Under the pieces are notes generated by a model, which was not told the origin of the DNA, searched no databases, and saw only the letters and a list, made by a program, of their open reading frames with translations. The position numbers were made by a program, and so were the translations under genes. A stretch of 64,000 nt of DNA from Armatimonadota bacterium. Lineage in GTDB: Bacteria; Armatimonadota; SYMT01. Positions 10,468-20,042 of this stretch are shown piece after piece (position 1 is the first letter of the stretch; each line of letters starts with the position of its first letter). The DNA lies in assembly GCA_041690135.1 (NCBI GenBank), contig JAWLHY010000007.1, positions 320,001 through 384,000 on the forward strand, read 5' to 3'.

Positions 10468-11625
10468 TCAACCGTCGCCCGGCACGACGGACACCGGCAA
10501 CCGGCCGTTGACGGCTTTCGCATCCCCCGGCGCCTCCGGGCCGGCACTCACTAGTCGATAGTCTCGGCCGAGGGGCTGGTACTCGAATTCCTTCCCGGTG
10601 AAAGGATCGATTCCCAGGGCGCCGATCCGCAACTCGGCCAGGGATCCGGGCAGCTTGGTCTGTTGCCAGCGGTAACTCCGCACTCGCGCGTGGCACGCGA
10701 GCAGGCGTACCATCGCCGATTCGCGCGTGTAAGTCCGCATCGATTGCCGGAGCACGTTATTCACCGGCCCCAGGAGGCCTTTCGCCAGTTCCGGAGCATC
10801 GGAAATGTCGATCGCTGCGCGCTGCCAGGGCGGCTTCCGCATCTCCGCGAACGCGCGCGCGAACAGCTCGTCAGCGTAGGCTTCCGCCTGCGCGAAGGGG
10901 TTGACGCCTTCAGCCCCTTCCGTTGTGAACTGCTTGCGGTACTCGGCCAGGCGGGTCTTGACGACCTTCCGCTCCGCCTCCAGCATGGGAATCAAGGGGT
11001 CTGATTGGCTCAGCCATTCATGACAGACCTGCGAAAGGAGTTCGCAGTCCCGGAGGGCGAGTTGGTCCAGGTGTCCTCCCAGCGACCGGAGTGTGGAAGC
11101 CCCGATGGCCACCCCGACCATGCCGGTGAGCAGGGAGTCGGTCTGGACCGCGCGCCCCAGTTGGAGCCCCTGTCGCGCTACCAGTATCGCCTCCTGCACT
11201 CGCCCGTCCGCCAGCAGCACGTATTGCTGCATTACCAGCAGGCGACCCAGGCGGCGGAAGCCGTTGATTTCCGGCGGGATCTCGGGGCCGGGTACCTTCT
11301 GCCGGGGCGAAAAAACAGCCTTCGCCAGGCCCTGTTTCACCAGGGCAAGTGCTCGCTTCACGTCGCGCTCCGCGAGGACGCCCCGCTTTGCAGTGAGGGT
11401 GGCCTCCCGGTCGGTCTCGACCTTCCGGAACGGCTCGTTCCCGGCGAGGATGTCCGCGGCGAAGACCAATTCCTCATAGCCGTTCTTGCCCGTCGGCTCG
11501 GGCACAACTTTCTTGAAAACGTTGGGACCCTTGGCCGGCACCGTGACCGGCGTTCCCTGGGCGTAGGCGGCGGTGCCCGCCAGCAGCAATGATAGGCAGA
11601 GGGTCCGTAGATCCGGATGCGGCAT
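10468..11625 (-). CDS. Secreted helical hypothetical protein
   Basis: Signal peptide MPHPDLRTLCLSLLLAGTAAYAQ; C-terminal LPGSLAEL...DPFTGKEFEY...YRLVSAGP (pseudopilin-G-like tail). Confidence 0.7.
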   Translation of the reverse strand: MPHPDLRTLCLSLLLAGTAAYAQGTPVTVPAKGPNVFKKVVPEPTGKNGYEELVFAADILAGNEPFRKVETDREATLTAKRGVLAERDVKRALALVKQGLAKAVFSPRQKVPGPEIPPEINGFRRLGRLLVMQQYVLLADGRVQEAILVARQGLQLGRAVQTDSLLTGMVGVAIGASTLRSLGGHLDQLALRDCELLSQVCHEWLSQSDPLIPMLEAERKVVKTRLAEYRKQFTTEGAEGVNPFAQAEAYADELFARAFAEMRKPPWQRAAIDISDAPELAKGLLGPVNNVLRQSMRTYTRESAMVRLLACHARVRSYRWQQTKLPGSLAELRIGALGIDPFTGKEFEYQPLGRDYRLVSAGPEAPGDAKAVNGRLPVSVVPGDG

Positions 11626-11776
11626 CAGCGTTCCTCCCGAGGTTCTCTGTTTTCCAACGGGTGAGCATTGTCTGAGGTTACGGACGGTCGGAGTGATAAA
11701 CCAATAAGGTTGCCGCCAAAACCGGTTTGCAGTCGTCATCAGTTTTCTCGGATCCCACCTTTCGGAGAGCGCTCTC

Positions 11777-12754
11777 GTGCCGCCGACCACCCAGATGTCC
11801 GCTCTCGACCGCCTCTTCCACCGGCACGGCCTGGGCCCCGTCCGTACGGTCGAGCCGTTAAGTGGCGGACAGCTCAACAACGTCCGGCGCGTGAATGGGG
11901 AATGGGTGCTGCGGTGCCGGGAAGCCGCGCGCTCCACCGGCTCCCTGGTGCGCGAGGCGGCCGTCTCTCAGCGGATTCAGGGCCGCATCCCGATCCCGGA
12001 GCTGATTGCCTCGGGGGTCGATGACCTCCTGGGCGAGTACCTCATTCAGAAGTGGGTTCCCGGGCGCAGCCTGTTGGGGGCCTGGATCGCCAACCCGGAC
12101 GTGCAGACGCGTGAGTGGTGGATCGTCCAGTGGGTTGCAGTGGTCCGCGCTCTGCACGAGGAGCGGTTCGATCAGCCCGGGGAGTTTTGCGGGGCCGAAT
12201 TCAAAGGCGCTGCCAGTTGGCGAAAGTACCTGGAAGCCCGCATCCGGAAACGGTGCGACCTGCTCATGCGAGTTCCCGGCGCGGATCGCGAGCTGGTGCT
12301 GGCGGCCGAGCGCTTCGCCCGGCGGCTCGCGCCCGCCCTGGAAGACGGTCCCTGCTGTCTCATCCACCGCGACCTGCACTTCGGCAACGTGCTGGTGGAA
12401 GGTCCCCACCTGGCCGCGCTTCTCGACTTCGAGCTGGCGGAGGTTGGCCCCCCGGATTACGAGCTCGATACCATCTACCGCTTCCTGCAGTATCCGGCGC
12501 TTTACGCGGAGCCCGGAGCGGCCCAGGGCCTCACGGCCTCCCGCTTCGCCTCCGTCTGGATCCGGCTCAAGCGGGGCTATCCGGAGTTGTTTGCGGTGCG
12601 TTACCTGCGAGAGCGCCTCAGCCTCTATGCCCTCGACCGCGAACTTTCCTGCCTGCTCCAGGTCTACCGGAACGCCTGGGGCCAGGAGCGGGTAATCGAG
12701 GAGATCCTTGGTCGCGTCGGCGTCATCCTCCAGGGCCGGTATGGACCGACGTAG
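11777..12754 (+). CDS. Aminoglycoside phosphotransferase (APH)/choline kinase family protein
   Basis: LSGGQLN, HRDLHFGNVLV and LLDFE kinase motifs. Confidence 0.88.
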   Translation: MPPTTQMSALDRLFHRHGLGPVRTVEPLSGGQLNNVRRVNGEWVLRCREAARSTGSLVREAAVSQRIQGRIPIPELIASGVDDLLGEYLIQKWVPGRSLLGAWIANPDVQTREWWIVQWVAVVRALHEERFDQPGEFCGAEFKGAASWRKYLEARIRKRCDLLMRVPGADRELVLAAERFARRLAPALEDGPCCLIHRDLHFGNVLVEGPHLAALLDFELAEVGPPDYELDTIYRFLQYPALYAEPGAAQGLTASRFASVWIRLKRGYPELFAVRYLRERLSLYALDRELSCLLQVYRNAWGQERVIEEILGRVGVILQGRYGPT

Positions 12755-12846
12755 GGATAGTGAGAGTAGGGGAGTGTGGAAGTGCTTGCGCAGCCCATCA
12801 GCCGACATCGCTACCACACTCCCCTACCTCGACACCCTCTCCACAC

Positions 12847-14949
12847 CTACTGCGTCGCTTTGCGGATCTGAAGCTGTTTCGGGTCCCACCCCAGCTTCTT
12901 CGTCGTTTCCAGCGGATAGCTCCAGTCCCTGGCTTCCGTGTTGTACAGGACGACCCGGGTGTTCTCGGCTGCCAGCGCCACGGCCTGGGGCACGTCCATG
13001 AACTTCAGCACATTGAGGAGCGCCGGCCCCTGCTGGTGCGATGCCGGGAGATCCCAGAGATCGAGCCGGGCGATCTTCGGCTCGAAGAGGGAGGCGTAAA
13101 GCGCGACTCCGGCCATCGACCGCTCGCCCTGGAGCCACAGCGGCGCCTCGGCCAATGGTTCGAGTGTCCGCAGGGCCTGCGCGGCGCGGCGGACGTCCCA
13201 CACCTGCATTCCCTCCAGGGTCTGGCCCAGCAGCATGAAGCGGCGTCGCACCTGGGTCTGCTTCTTCGGGGTGGGGTCCCAGGCGGTCGGCCCGGCCCCG
13301 CGCGGAGCCACGTAAGCCATGGTCCACTTGAAAGACCGGAACATCTTTTCCGTGTCCGCGAACGCCTGTTTGTCCGCGGCCGGCTCCCCGGCGGCACGGA
13401 TCTCCGCCGCCAACTCCCGCTCGAAGCCGGGACGCATCCCGGCGAGCCACTTTTGCCATCCCTCATCGTCCAGCACGTTCAGGACCGTGAGGTCCGGTTT
13501 CTCCAGGCCCGCGCGGTGTGCCACGTAGAGACGGAGGGGGAGGTGGCTCTCGCTCTGGAAGTCGTAGGCGGTCAGGCTTACCCCGTCCTGTTCGGCCGCA
13601 AGGACTTCCTTCACCTGTAGCTCGCCCGGCTTCTCCGGCCAACCGTTGAAAGACTTCTCTCGCAGCAGCTGCAGCCATTGGTCCCGTTGGCGCTGCCAGT
13701 CCGCCGGGGAAGTCGGCACGGCGGGAGCTTTGGCCCGGTCCACGAAGGTGTCGTGAATGCGCGTGTTGCGTTGGTCGAGCGGCAGCTCGGAAAAAACGCG
13801 GAGTTGCTCCGGCTCGAACAACCGGATGGCGGTGTTCTCCACCGGCGATTCATCGCCCTTCAGGAACCGGTTGAACCAGCGGATGGCGGGGACCTGCAGG
13901 TCCTGCGTGTCCTTGTGCGGTCCTTCGGTGATCAGCAGGCCGAGCTTATCGCCGGCCTTGTTGAGATTGTAGATGCGCCGGACCTGGGCGTGGACGCGGA
14001 CGATCCCTTCCAGCGGGAAGATGGAGTCCTTGTCGGTATTGGAGAGCAGCAGCGGGCGCGGTGCGATCAACGCGGCCACCTGCGCGTAGTCCCACCGGTA
14101 GGTGTTGACCATGAACATACAGTCGCAGTGGCCCTCCACCACGCCGTCCACCACGTGGTTCTCCAGGTCGGTGATCCCCGCCACCGGCACGGCCGCCTTG
14201 ATCCGCTCGTCCAGGGCCGCCACCCACCAGCTATACGCCCCGCCGCCGGAACGACCGGTCACGCCCAGGCGGTCGCGGTCCACTTCAGGGCGGGACTGAA
14301 GGTAATCCAGGGCCCGGATCCCGTTCCAGGCCTCCACTCCCGCGGGCGTGTAGCCGCGCGAGAGCCACCACCACATGCCTTCCCGGAAGGTGCCGTGGTG
14401 GAGCCCTTCGATCTCTCCCAATTGCAGGGTGTCGATGATCAGGCACACGTAACCGTTCCGCGCGAACCAGCCGCCGTGATGCTGGTAATGCGACTTGGCC
14501 CCGTAGCTGATTCCGTTCTTCTTGATATTGCCGTGACCGCACACGTAAAGGATCGCGGGGGCGGGCCGTTCCAGCCCCTTCGGCACATAGAGGTTGCCGG
14601 TAACGTAGAGCCCTGGCCGGGATTGGAACTGTACCCGCTCCACCGTGAACTGGGGGTGCTCCACGCGCCCGGTGACCTGCGCCTGGAGATCCGTCCTTTC
14701 CGGCATCGGCCAGAGGCCCAGCATCTCCTGCAGTTGGCGCCGGTAGGTCTCGCGACGTGCATTCCAGTCTTCCAGCGTGCTCACGTCCGCCAGGCACCGG
14801 TCCGCCAGTTCGCGGGTCTCCGCGCGGAAGTAGTCGCTCAGGACGCGGTCCCCACGGCTGGTGTCGCGCTTCGGGGCGTCGGCGGCCAGCGTGGCCAGGG
14901 AGCCGGAGAGTAGTGTGGCAATCAACAGGAAAAAGGGCAGCTTGTTCAT
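12847..14949 (-). CDS. Secreted two-domain alpha/beta hydrolase (acetylxylan esterase-like)
   Basis: Signal peptide; VTGNLYVP, CGH, LDYLQSRPEVD, GVTGRSGGG nucleophile elbow. Confidence 0.85.
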   Translation of the reverse strand: MNKLPFFLLIATLLSGSLATLAADAPKRDTSRGDRVLSDYFRAETRELADRCLADVSTLEDWNARRETYRRQLQEMLGLWPMPERTDLQAQVTGRVEHPQFTVERVQFQSRPGLYVTGNLYVPKGLERPAPAILYVCGHGNIKKNGISYGAKSHYQHHGGWFARNGYVCLIIDTLQLGEIEGLHHGTFREGMWWWLSRGYTPAGVEAWNGIRALDYLQSRPEVDRDRLGVTGRSGGGAYSWWVAALDERIKAAVPVAGITDLENHVVDGVVEGHCDCMFMVNTYRWDYAQVAALIAPRPLLLSNTDKDSIFPLEGIVRVHAQVRRIYNLNKAGDKLGLLITEGPHKDTQDLQVPAIRWFNRFLKGDESPVENTAIRLFEPEQLRVFSELPLDQRNTRIHDTFVDRAKAPAVPTSPADWQRQRDQWLQLLREKSFNGWPEKPGELQVKEVLAAEQDGVSLTAYDFQSESHLPLRLYVAHRAGLEKPDLTVLNVLDDEGWQKWLAGMRPGFERELAAEIRAAGEPAADKQAFADTEKMFRSFKWTMAYVAPRGAGPTAWDPTPKKQTQVRRRFMLLGQTLEGMQVWDVRRAAQALRTLEPLAEAPLWLQGERSMAGVALYASLFEPKIARLDLWDLPASHQQGPALLNVLKFMDVPQAVALAAENTRVVLYNTEARDWSYPLETTKKLGWDPKQLQIRKATQ

Positions 14950-15096
14950 GGGGGAAGTCCGTCCGATAACAATCTGGGGATCCGCGACGGTGGGTCCAGC
15001 CGCGCCTCGGACAAAGAGACCTTTTCCCGTTAGGGCTGCCGAGTCCTTCGTGCTGGCTATATCGGAGTTGCTGGCGGCACAAAGGACTCGGCTGTA

Positions 15097-15924
15097 TTAC
15101 CCGGCAACCGCCTGGACTTCCCACACCAGTTCCTGAACCTTCCTCCGGTCGAGCGTTCCGTGGGCCGTTTGCAGTTCCGCCGGTTGGAGGAAGTGTCGCT
15201 TGTCCAGGTCCAGTCCGGTTGACCTCAAGGTCCGTATCCACAGATCCGTGATCCGGTCCCAGGCCAGATCGCTGGAGTCGCTGCTGGTATGTCGGTTGAC
15301 GAAGAGACAGCGGAGAGACGTGTTTCGGAAGTGGAACGGAGCTCTCCCCAGTTCGTCGGCCAACAGTTGGTCGTACGAGCGCCGGTCGTCGGGAATGGGG
15401 GAGTCGGGACGCATGTCGCTCGGCAGCAAGATGAGGCGCGGCATGACCTCCTCACGGTCGTACAGCCAGGCTGCATGGCGTAAGGCCGAAAGGAGCGCGC
15501 TTCCCCGCGGGGGATTCGTGGGCGTTCGCAGCGAGCGGAGTGTCTGGTCGAGTTCTTTCTTTTCGCGCATCAACTGCAATCCGCGTCCCCGCAGCCCCAG
15601 CCGGGTTGGGGGGAGGAGCACATCACCATCCTGCCCGCTCCTGTTATCTGCTGCGAGCACGCCGAAGCTGGACCCGGCCGGAAGCTCCGCGAGAACGGTT
15701 CGGGCAACCTCCACCGCCTGCGGGAACAGGGCCGGGCTGGAGCGATCGACGATTACCAGCACGGAAAGGGGCTGACGGGCACCGGGACGAGCCGACTGCG
15801 GCGGTGCCGGCTGCGTGGAGACCGCGGGTCGTGTGGTCTCCGGCAGAGTCACGCACCCCGGCAGCAGTAATGCGATGAGCAAAGTGAGCGGACGGCGAAT
15901 GGGATGGCTTCTTGCTGACGTCAT
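15097..15924 (-). CDS. Lipoprotein with VWA-like domain
   Basis: Lipobox LLPGC; VLVIVDRSSP and LILLPSDMR resemble VWA strands with a degenerate MIDAS; ATGA overlap with the upstream gene. Confidence 0.6.
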   Translation of the reverse strand: MTSARSHPIRRPLTLLIALLLPGCVTLPETTRPAVSTQPAPPQSARPGARQPLSVLVIVDRSSPALFPQAVEVARTVLAELPAGSSFGVLAADNRSGQDGDVLLPPTRLGLRGRGLQLMREKKELDQTLRSLRTPTNPPRGSALLSALRHAAWLYDREEVMPRLILLPSDMRPDSPIPDDRRSYDQLLADELGRAPFHFRNTSLRCLFVNRHTSSDSSDLAWDRITDLWIRTLRSTGLDLDKRHFLQPAELQTAHGTLDRRKVQELVWEVQAVAG

Positions 15925-17816
15925 TGGTTTGTCTCCAGAGAATCACGGCTTGTGTCGCCGTTTGTGGGGAAGGTGTAGAGCGGAGAGCGACGGCCCATGG
16001 GCCGGATCCGGTGCCCGGCTGCCGTTGGAGGCATAGGCCGTGAGGCCAGGGGCGAGGATTCCGCCGGAGCCGTGGTCTGCGGATCGCCGGCAGATGAGAT
16101 CGACCAGCGCACCCCCTTACGCGAGCGCAGCCGGAGGGCGCGGGAGAGGCTCTGCCGCGCGAGGCGGATCCGGAGCCGTGTCGTGTGCAGTACGGCGGAC
16201 AGTTCGCCCCACACGGCTTCCTCCGGGGAGGCTGCTGCCTGCTGGGAGCACGATAGCCCGTCGAGTGCGGCGGCGGCGGCGGCGATTGCGCTTACCGCCG
16301 CCTCGCGCACTTCTTCGGCCTGGCGCACGGCGAGCGCCAGTTCCCCGGACACCGTTGAAGCGAGTTTCCTTACCTCCTGCTCGTTGCGGTCGTGTTCCGC
16401 CGCATTCAGCTCGGTGGTCGACAGCGCCTGCGATAGGTGAGCCTTCTGTTTGTGCCCGGCCAGGGACTCGAGAAGATGAAACGATCTCTCCTGGAGTACC
16501 TGGAGCGCGGCCTCAAGGCCGCCATCGTTACAGGCGTGCCGGGCCTGGTCCAACTGGCGCTTCCCGCGCCCGGTGACCTGCACCGTTGCCCTGGGATCGC
16601 CGCTCCGGAGGGCTCTAGCCTGTTGCAGCAGACTGGCGATCTCTTCAAGAGCATGTTTCTCCCAGGCCGCGAACGTCGCGTACGCCTGCTCGTTGCGGAT
16701 GCGCCGCACGTTCTGCGGGGCACTGGTGGCCTCGATCGCGAGTGTTACCTGGGTGCTTTTCCCCATCTCCAGCAGGTAATGCGCGGCTCGCCCGTCGCCG
16801 TGACCGCTGCGCCTGAGGAGATCGCCGGCGAACTGCTCCAGACCTCGAGAGATCTCCTCGAGCCGGGTTGCGCGCTCCATCAGCGAGGCGGACACCTGGT
16901 CCCGCCGGCCGGGCGACATGCTGTCCCGTAGCTGTGCGGCTTCAGCGGCGACTTGGGTCGCGTCCCGCCGGGCTGCGGCGCAACGCTCTTCCGTGCGGCT
17001 CGCCGTTCTGCGGAGGGCCTGGGTCTCCGCCCGCAAGGCATAGACCTGGTCGGTGAGGTAGCCGGAATCCTCACTGCCGAATGCGAGAGTCAGCCAGGCG
17101 GAAACGGACAGGAGGGCCAGGCTCTGGATGCGATGGTAGAAGCTGGCGCAGGCCGGTTCTCCGAACAGGGCCCACCCATACTCCGCGGCCAGAACTGTGG
17201 TTACCGGCGGAACGAACCCCAGTAGCGCTGCGACCAGTACTCCGTAGCTGGCGGGGTCGCTCCAGTTGGCTGCGGTGCCAGGGGTGGCGTAGTACGCCCG
17301 AACGGTGGCGCCCACCGTTTCCAGTCCGATCAGTAAGGCCAGGAAGCTCCGGATCCAGAGCGTTGGTTCTCCAGCGCGCATCGCGATGCCGAGCTTGATG
17401 CCGGTGGCGATTTCCGCCAGCAGGACCAGTCCTGCCATGGCAGCCGCCAGCAGGGAAATCTCGTCCCACGGCGGTGCGGCTCCAATCCCGTCGCCAGGCA
17501 ACCAGAGCGAGAGCACCTGCGCGAGAATGGGGAAGTTGATCAGGGTGGCGACGCAGCCGAGGACGGAGAGGAAACTGCCCAGCGCAAATAGGGCGTAGCG
17601 CTGCACTTCCGTGCGGTTCTCGTCCAGTTGCAGCCGGCCAGCACCCCACGAGGTCTTCCCAGCCTCGTGCCATCGCTTCGCTGCCCGGCGGATATTGCGG
17701 ATCAGGGGAGGCGTCGCTCCGCGTAGTGCGCAGAAGATCTCGGTGGCGATGCGCACCGCCAGGAGCGTCGCTCCCAGGATCAAGGTGCCAATGAAATCGA
17801 ATTCCAGGACGGACAT
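15921..17816 (-). CDS. Multi-TM membrane protein with long C-terminal coiled coil
   Basis: Several hydrophobic segments in the first ~250 aa, then an A/E/R/Q-rich helical region; SD GAAAGG. Confidence 0.65.
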   Translation of the reverse strand: MSVLEFDFIGTLILGATLLAVRIATEIFCALRGATPPLIRNIRRAAKRWHEAGKTSWGAGRLQLDENRTEVQRYALFALGSFLSVLGCVATLINFPILAQVLSLWLPGDGIGAAPPWDEISLLAAAMAGLVLLAEIATGIKLGIAMRAGEPTLWIRSFLALLIGLETVGATVRAYYATPGTAANWSDPASYGVLVAALLGFVPPVTTVLAAEYGWALFGEPACASFYHRIQSLALLSVSAWLTLAFGSEDSGYLTDQVYALRAETQALRRTASRTEERCAAARRDATQVAAEAAQLRDSMSPGRRDQVSASLMERATRLEEISRGLEQFAGDLLRRSGHGDGRAAHYLLEMGKSTQVTLAIEATSAPQNVRRIRNEQAYATFAAWEKHALEEIASLLQQARALRSGDPRATVQVTGRGKRQLDQARHACNDGGLEAALQVLQERSFHLLESLAGHKQKAHLSQALSTTELNAAEHDRNEQEVRKLASTVSGELALAVRQAEEVREAAVSAIAAAAAALDGLSCSQQAAASPEEAVWGELSAVLHTTRLRIRLARQSLSRALRLRSRKGVRWSISSAGDPQTTAPAESSPLASRPMPPTAAGHRIRPMGRRSPLYTFPTNGDTSRDSLETNQ

Positions 17817-17928
17817 GAGTGACTACCTTTCTATAAGCGTGGGTGCGGTCGATGCGTGCGGGCCCGGCAACCGGAGAAGTGCGGAAGTCTGCGGCCGAGT
17901 TCCAGTATCCAAGCGGTGGGTGGGCACT

Positions 17929-18741
17929 TTATTCGGTCCGGTGGACGGTGACCTCGGCGAGACGCTTGCCGCCGGGAAGGCGCACCTCCAGGCGGAAGGT
18001 TTCTCCGGCTCCTCCCTGGTCATCGCCCAGGTGGGCGATCCCCCGGAACTCACCGGCGGACACGAGGAACGGTCCGTCCTGAACCCAGGGCACTCCCGTA
18101 GACCGGGGGATAACCACCACCTCCAGGTGCTCGCCGTCCAGCCCCGGCGCCGAGCCCGCCACCGTGCAGGTCGGCCCACGCTGTCGAGCGCCGTCGGTGG
18201 GGGAGCTGAGGGTGACCGTGGGAGGGGGAATCGACCTGGGCTTCCGGCGCTCCGTGGAACTGCGGGTAGGCGTGGCCGTTCCGCCGGACGTGGTGACGCG
18301 GACGGGCAGCATCGCCTCCGCCGTGCACCCATCCGCTGCCCGCAGCCGGACCGGGATTTCGTCATCGCACCGGAAGGCCGGCGGATGGTAGCGGGTAGGA
18401 CCGCCGTTGGGTGCGACCTGTCCGTGTCCGTACGTCTTCAGGGCACCGAAACGGGGGGAGCCCAGCACCCACTCCACCACCGGCTCGCCGGTGCATTCGT
18501 GGACCGCGTCGATGTGGCCGTCCAGGTTGGCGCCGTCGGGGTCCCCGACTCGCACCCGGATCTCGCCGATAGTTCGGATCCGGATGCCGGGCCCTTTCCC
18601 GGCGTCCGGGGCATTCGTCGCCGGAAGCGTGGAGGCCGCCTCGGGTGTTAACGATTGGGACGGGCGTTTGATCCGGGCACAACCACCGCTGAGAACGAAG
18701 GCGGCCAGTAGCCCGAACGCCGCAGAACGATTGACTGACAT
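17929..18741 (-). CDS. Putative lipoprotein with Ig-like beta domains
   Basis: Lipobox VLSGGC; TVTLSSPTDGA..CTVAGSAPG Ig-like pattern. Confidence 0.55.
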   Translation of the reverse strand: MSVNRSAAFGLLAAFVLSGGCARIKRPSQSLTPEAASTLPATNAPDAGKGPGIRIRTIGEIRVRVGDPDGANLDGHIDAVHECTGEPVVEWVLGSPRFGALKTYGHGQVAPNGGPTRYHPPAFRCDDEIPVRLRAADGCTAEAMLPVRVTTSGGTATPTRSSTERRKPRSIPPPTVTLSSPTDGARQRGPTCTVAGSAPGLDGEHLEVVVIPRSTGVPWVQDGPFLVSAGEFRGIAHLGDDQGGAGETFRLEVRLPGGKRLAEVTVHRTE

Positions 18742-18824
18742 GAGACTGGCTCCTCGGCGCCCCACCAGCGGGGCGCGCTCAGTCTCATGCGGCAGAACAT
18801 TCCGGGAATTTTCCCGACCTTGAC

Positions 18825-19994
18825 TTATGGGCGATGGAGGAACCCCCGCCACGAACGACGGAGCGCTTCCGGGAGCGGGCTGTTCAGTTCGAGGAGCGGG
18901 GCGGCGTCTTGCCTTTGGAGTTGGTCCACCCAGAGCAACAGGTCGCCCGGTGCGGGGGCAGGCCGGGATCCGCCCGCGGTACCCCGGTCGCCCATCTCCA
19001 GGAGTTTGGCCGCCGCCGCGGTTCGTTCCGTTTTGAGGTCGGGACAGTTGGCCATGTACAGCAGCAACGCCGCTCGGAAATACTCACGGAGCGACACTTC
19101 ATTCGACCACGACCGTGCACGGGCCCAGACTGCAGCCTCCTGGAGAGCGTCACACAGAATCTGTGCCTGGTCGGTGCTCCGCTCGTGCCACTTGAACTCC
19201 GTGCAGATCCAGTGCAGCTCCTTCCGCAGCAGGGGGCCCAGATCCGGTCCGCAATCCCTATGCGCGGACTGCCGAATCAAGTCCTCGACCGTCTCTTGCC
19301 AGCGCGATTTGAGACTACCGGCCCGCAGCCGGTCAACAGTCGCCTCCAGGTGCTCCACCACCAGATCCACGCCGACACCCTTGGCGAGGCCGCGCGCTCG
19401 GATCGCATCCAGGGCCACCTGGCACCGGTGAATTTCCCGAATGCGCAGTTCTTCATTGACGGGAACGAACCACGGATCAACGGCCTCCAGGTTGGTTTCG
19501 TAGGCTGGGAACCCTTTCTCCGCACCTCCGAAGCTCGATCGGAAGTGATCGGTGTTCTTACCGGGCGCGCCCAGGACTCGCACTTTGGCTCCCACCCACC
19601 TCGAGAAGCCGTCGTTCAGGTGGTTGATCAAGCGCGAAAGGCGCCGCATTTCGACGGAGTGCGCCTCCGATTTTTGGATGTAGAGGCCCCAGGTCCAGTG
19701 AAAGGCCCGCTCCATAGTTCCGAGGGTGAAGTCCAGATCGCAAAGTGCCGCGTGGCGCAACAACCAGTAGTCGGTCCCGCTCACGACAAGATCCTTGCGG
19801 CCCAGCCAGGTCAGGCGGGCGCCCTCCTGGAGCGGATCGAACTCGATGCGGAGTCGCAGAGATGGAAGTGTGGTGACCCGCTCGCGCGCGGGAAACGCCG
19901 CATACCAGGCTTCGATGGCCTCGAGCCGCTGGCGTAGCTCGTGCAACGTTTCGGCGATGCCGTCGGGGGTGCTTTCCGGTGTGCTCATGGTCAC
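18825..19994 (-). CDS. Cytoplasmic hypothetical protein, possibly with a winged-helix DNA-binding region
   Basis: 389-aa ORF in operon; coiled-coil start then RRLSRLINHLNDGF helix; same frame as the upstream SBP gene. Confidence 0.55.
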   Translation of the reverse strand: MTMSTPESTPDGIAETLHELRQRLEAIEAWYAAFPARERVTTLPSLRLRIEFDPLQEGARLTWLGRKDLVVSGTDYWLLRHAALCDLDFTLGTMERAFHWTWGLYIQKSEAHSVEMRRLSRLINHLNDGFSRWVGAKVRVLGAPGKNTDHFRSSFGGAEKGFPAYETNLEAVDPWFVPVNEELRIREIHRCQVALDAIRARGLAKGVGVDLVVEHLEATVDRLRAGSLKSRWQETVEDLIRQSAHRDCGPDLGPLLRKELHWICTEFKWHERSTDQAQILCDALQEAAVWARARSWSNEVSLREYFRAALLLYMANCPDLKTERTAAAAKLLEMGDRGTAGGSRPAPAPGDLLLWVDQLQRQDAAPLLELNSPLPEALRRSWRGFLHRP

Positions 19995-20042
19995 CGCGTC
20001 TTGAAGGAGCGCAGGGGAGTCGGCTGGTGGACCGGGCTCCCG